Virus record (IMG/VR): IMGVR_UViG_3300030380_002075
Span: 1 to 56,030 of that record
Direction: 5' to 3' (one strand)
Origin: a virus
Lineage: Duplodnaviria > Caudoviricetes
DNA length: 56,030 bases
Positions 55,790 to 56,030 of the stretch are shown here, one piece after another. A program made the translations under genes and the position numbers. Position 1 is the first letter of the stretch. Each line of letters begins with the position of its first letter. Below the pieces are notes generated by a model that was not told where the DNA came from, ran no database searches, and saw only the letters and a program-made list of their open reading frames with translations.

Positions 55790-56030
55790 AGGAACACAAT
55801 GGAAATCACTACGGAAGTAAAAGTTAAAAGTCCTTACCTCACCCTCGACAGACAGACTGGGACTTACACGTTTAAGGCCGAGCGGGAATTTAAAGAAGGC
55901 AGACTGACTCGAAAGTACCTGACTGCCGACGAAGCGATCTGGCAGGTTCGTAAGTATGAAGCCGCCAAGAAACAGCTACGGCCGAATGAGAAGTTTGTAA
56001 CTTTCTAAAAAATAAAATCCTGGGATTTAC
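55790..56030 (+). repeat. Terminal direct repeat, right copy (contains ORF 55799-56008)
   Basis: Matches 1-241 at 234 of 241 positions. Confidence 0.95.

Noticed and set aside
1-56030. tRNA, integrase/attP, RNA polymerase, alternative genetic code
   Set aside because: None recognised by eye and genes are intact in the standard code; tRNAscan and HMM searches would be needed to exclude them fully

Overview
This window is an apparently complete, roughly 55.8 kb genome of a tailed dsDNA phage with podovirus-like organisation. It is bounded by an imperfect 241-bp direct repeat (1-241 vs 55790-56030). Nearly all genes are on the minus strand. Replication module (0.3-8.9 kb): PolA with Leu at the 762-equivalent position, a UvrD-like helicase, an AEP-type primase, a putative SSB and a SNF2 helicase. 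Virion module (9-46 kb): ejection proteins, tail nozzle and fibres, major capsid protein, scaffold, GroES, lysozyme, holin, portal and TerL. Early/accessory region (46.4-56 kb): short promoter-gene-terminator cassettes, with TerS and a resolvase-like nuclease embedded among them. From memory the gene set resembles marine HTVC023P/CRP-901-type podophages; this was not checked. I saw no integrase, RNA polymerase, tRNA or CRISPR array. Most notable observations: (1) four perfect DnaA boxes plus a GATC-rich repeat block upstream of terL, an oriC-like element; (2) an AACUACGGGA leader over the RBS of several genes, with an exact antisense copy in a hairpin in a 3' UTR, a candidate trans-acting sRNA; (3) a TATGCGA heptad in many promoters, with an RHH protein as candidate regulator; (4) an HlyC-like acyltransferase coupled to the largest ejection protein; (5) a shared [YFM]A[KE]GG peptide in about nine late proteins; (6) an IR-flanked GTTAC iteron cluster; (7) a split tail-nozzle gene. 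All product calls come from recognising motifs by eye, not from database searches.
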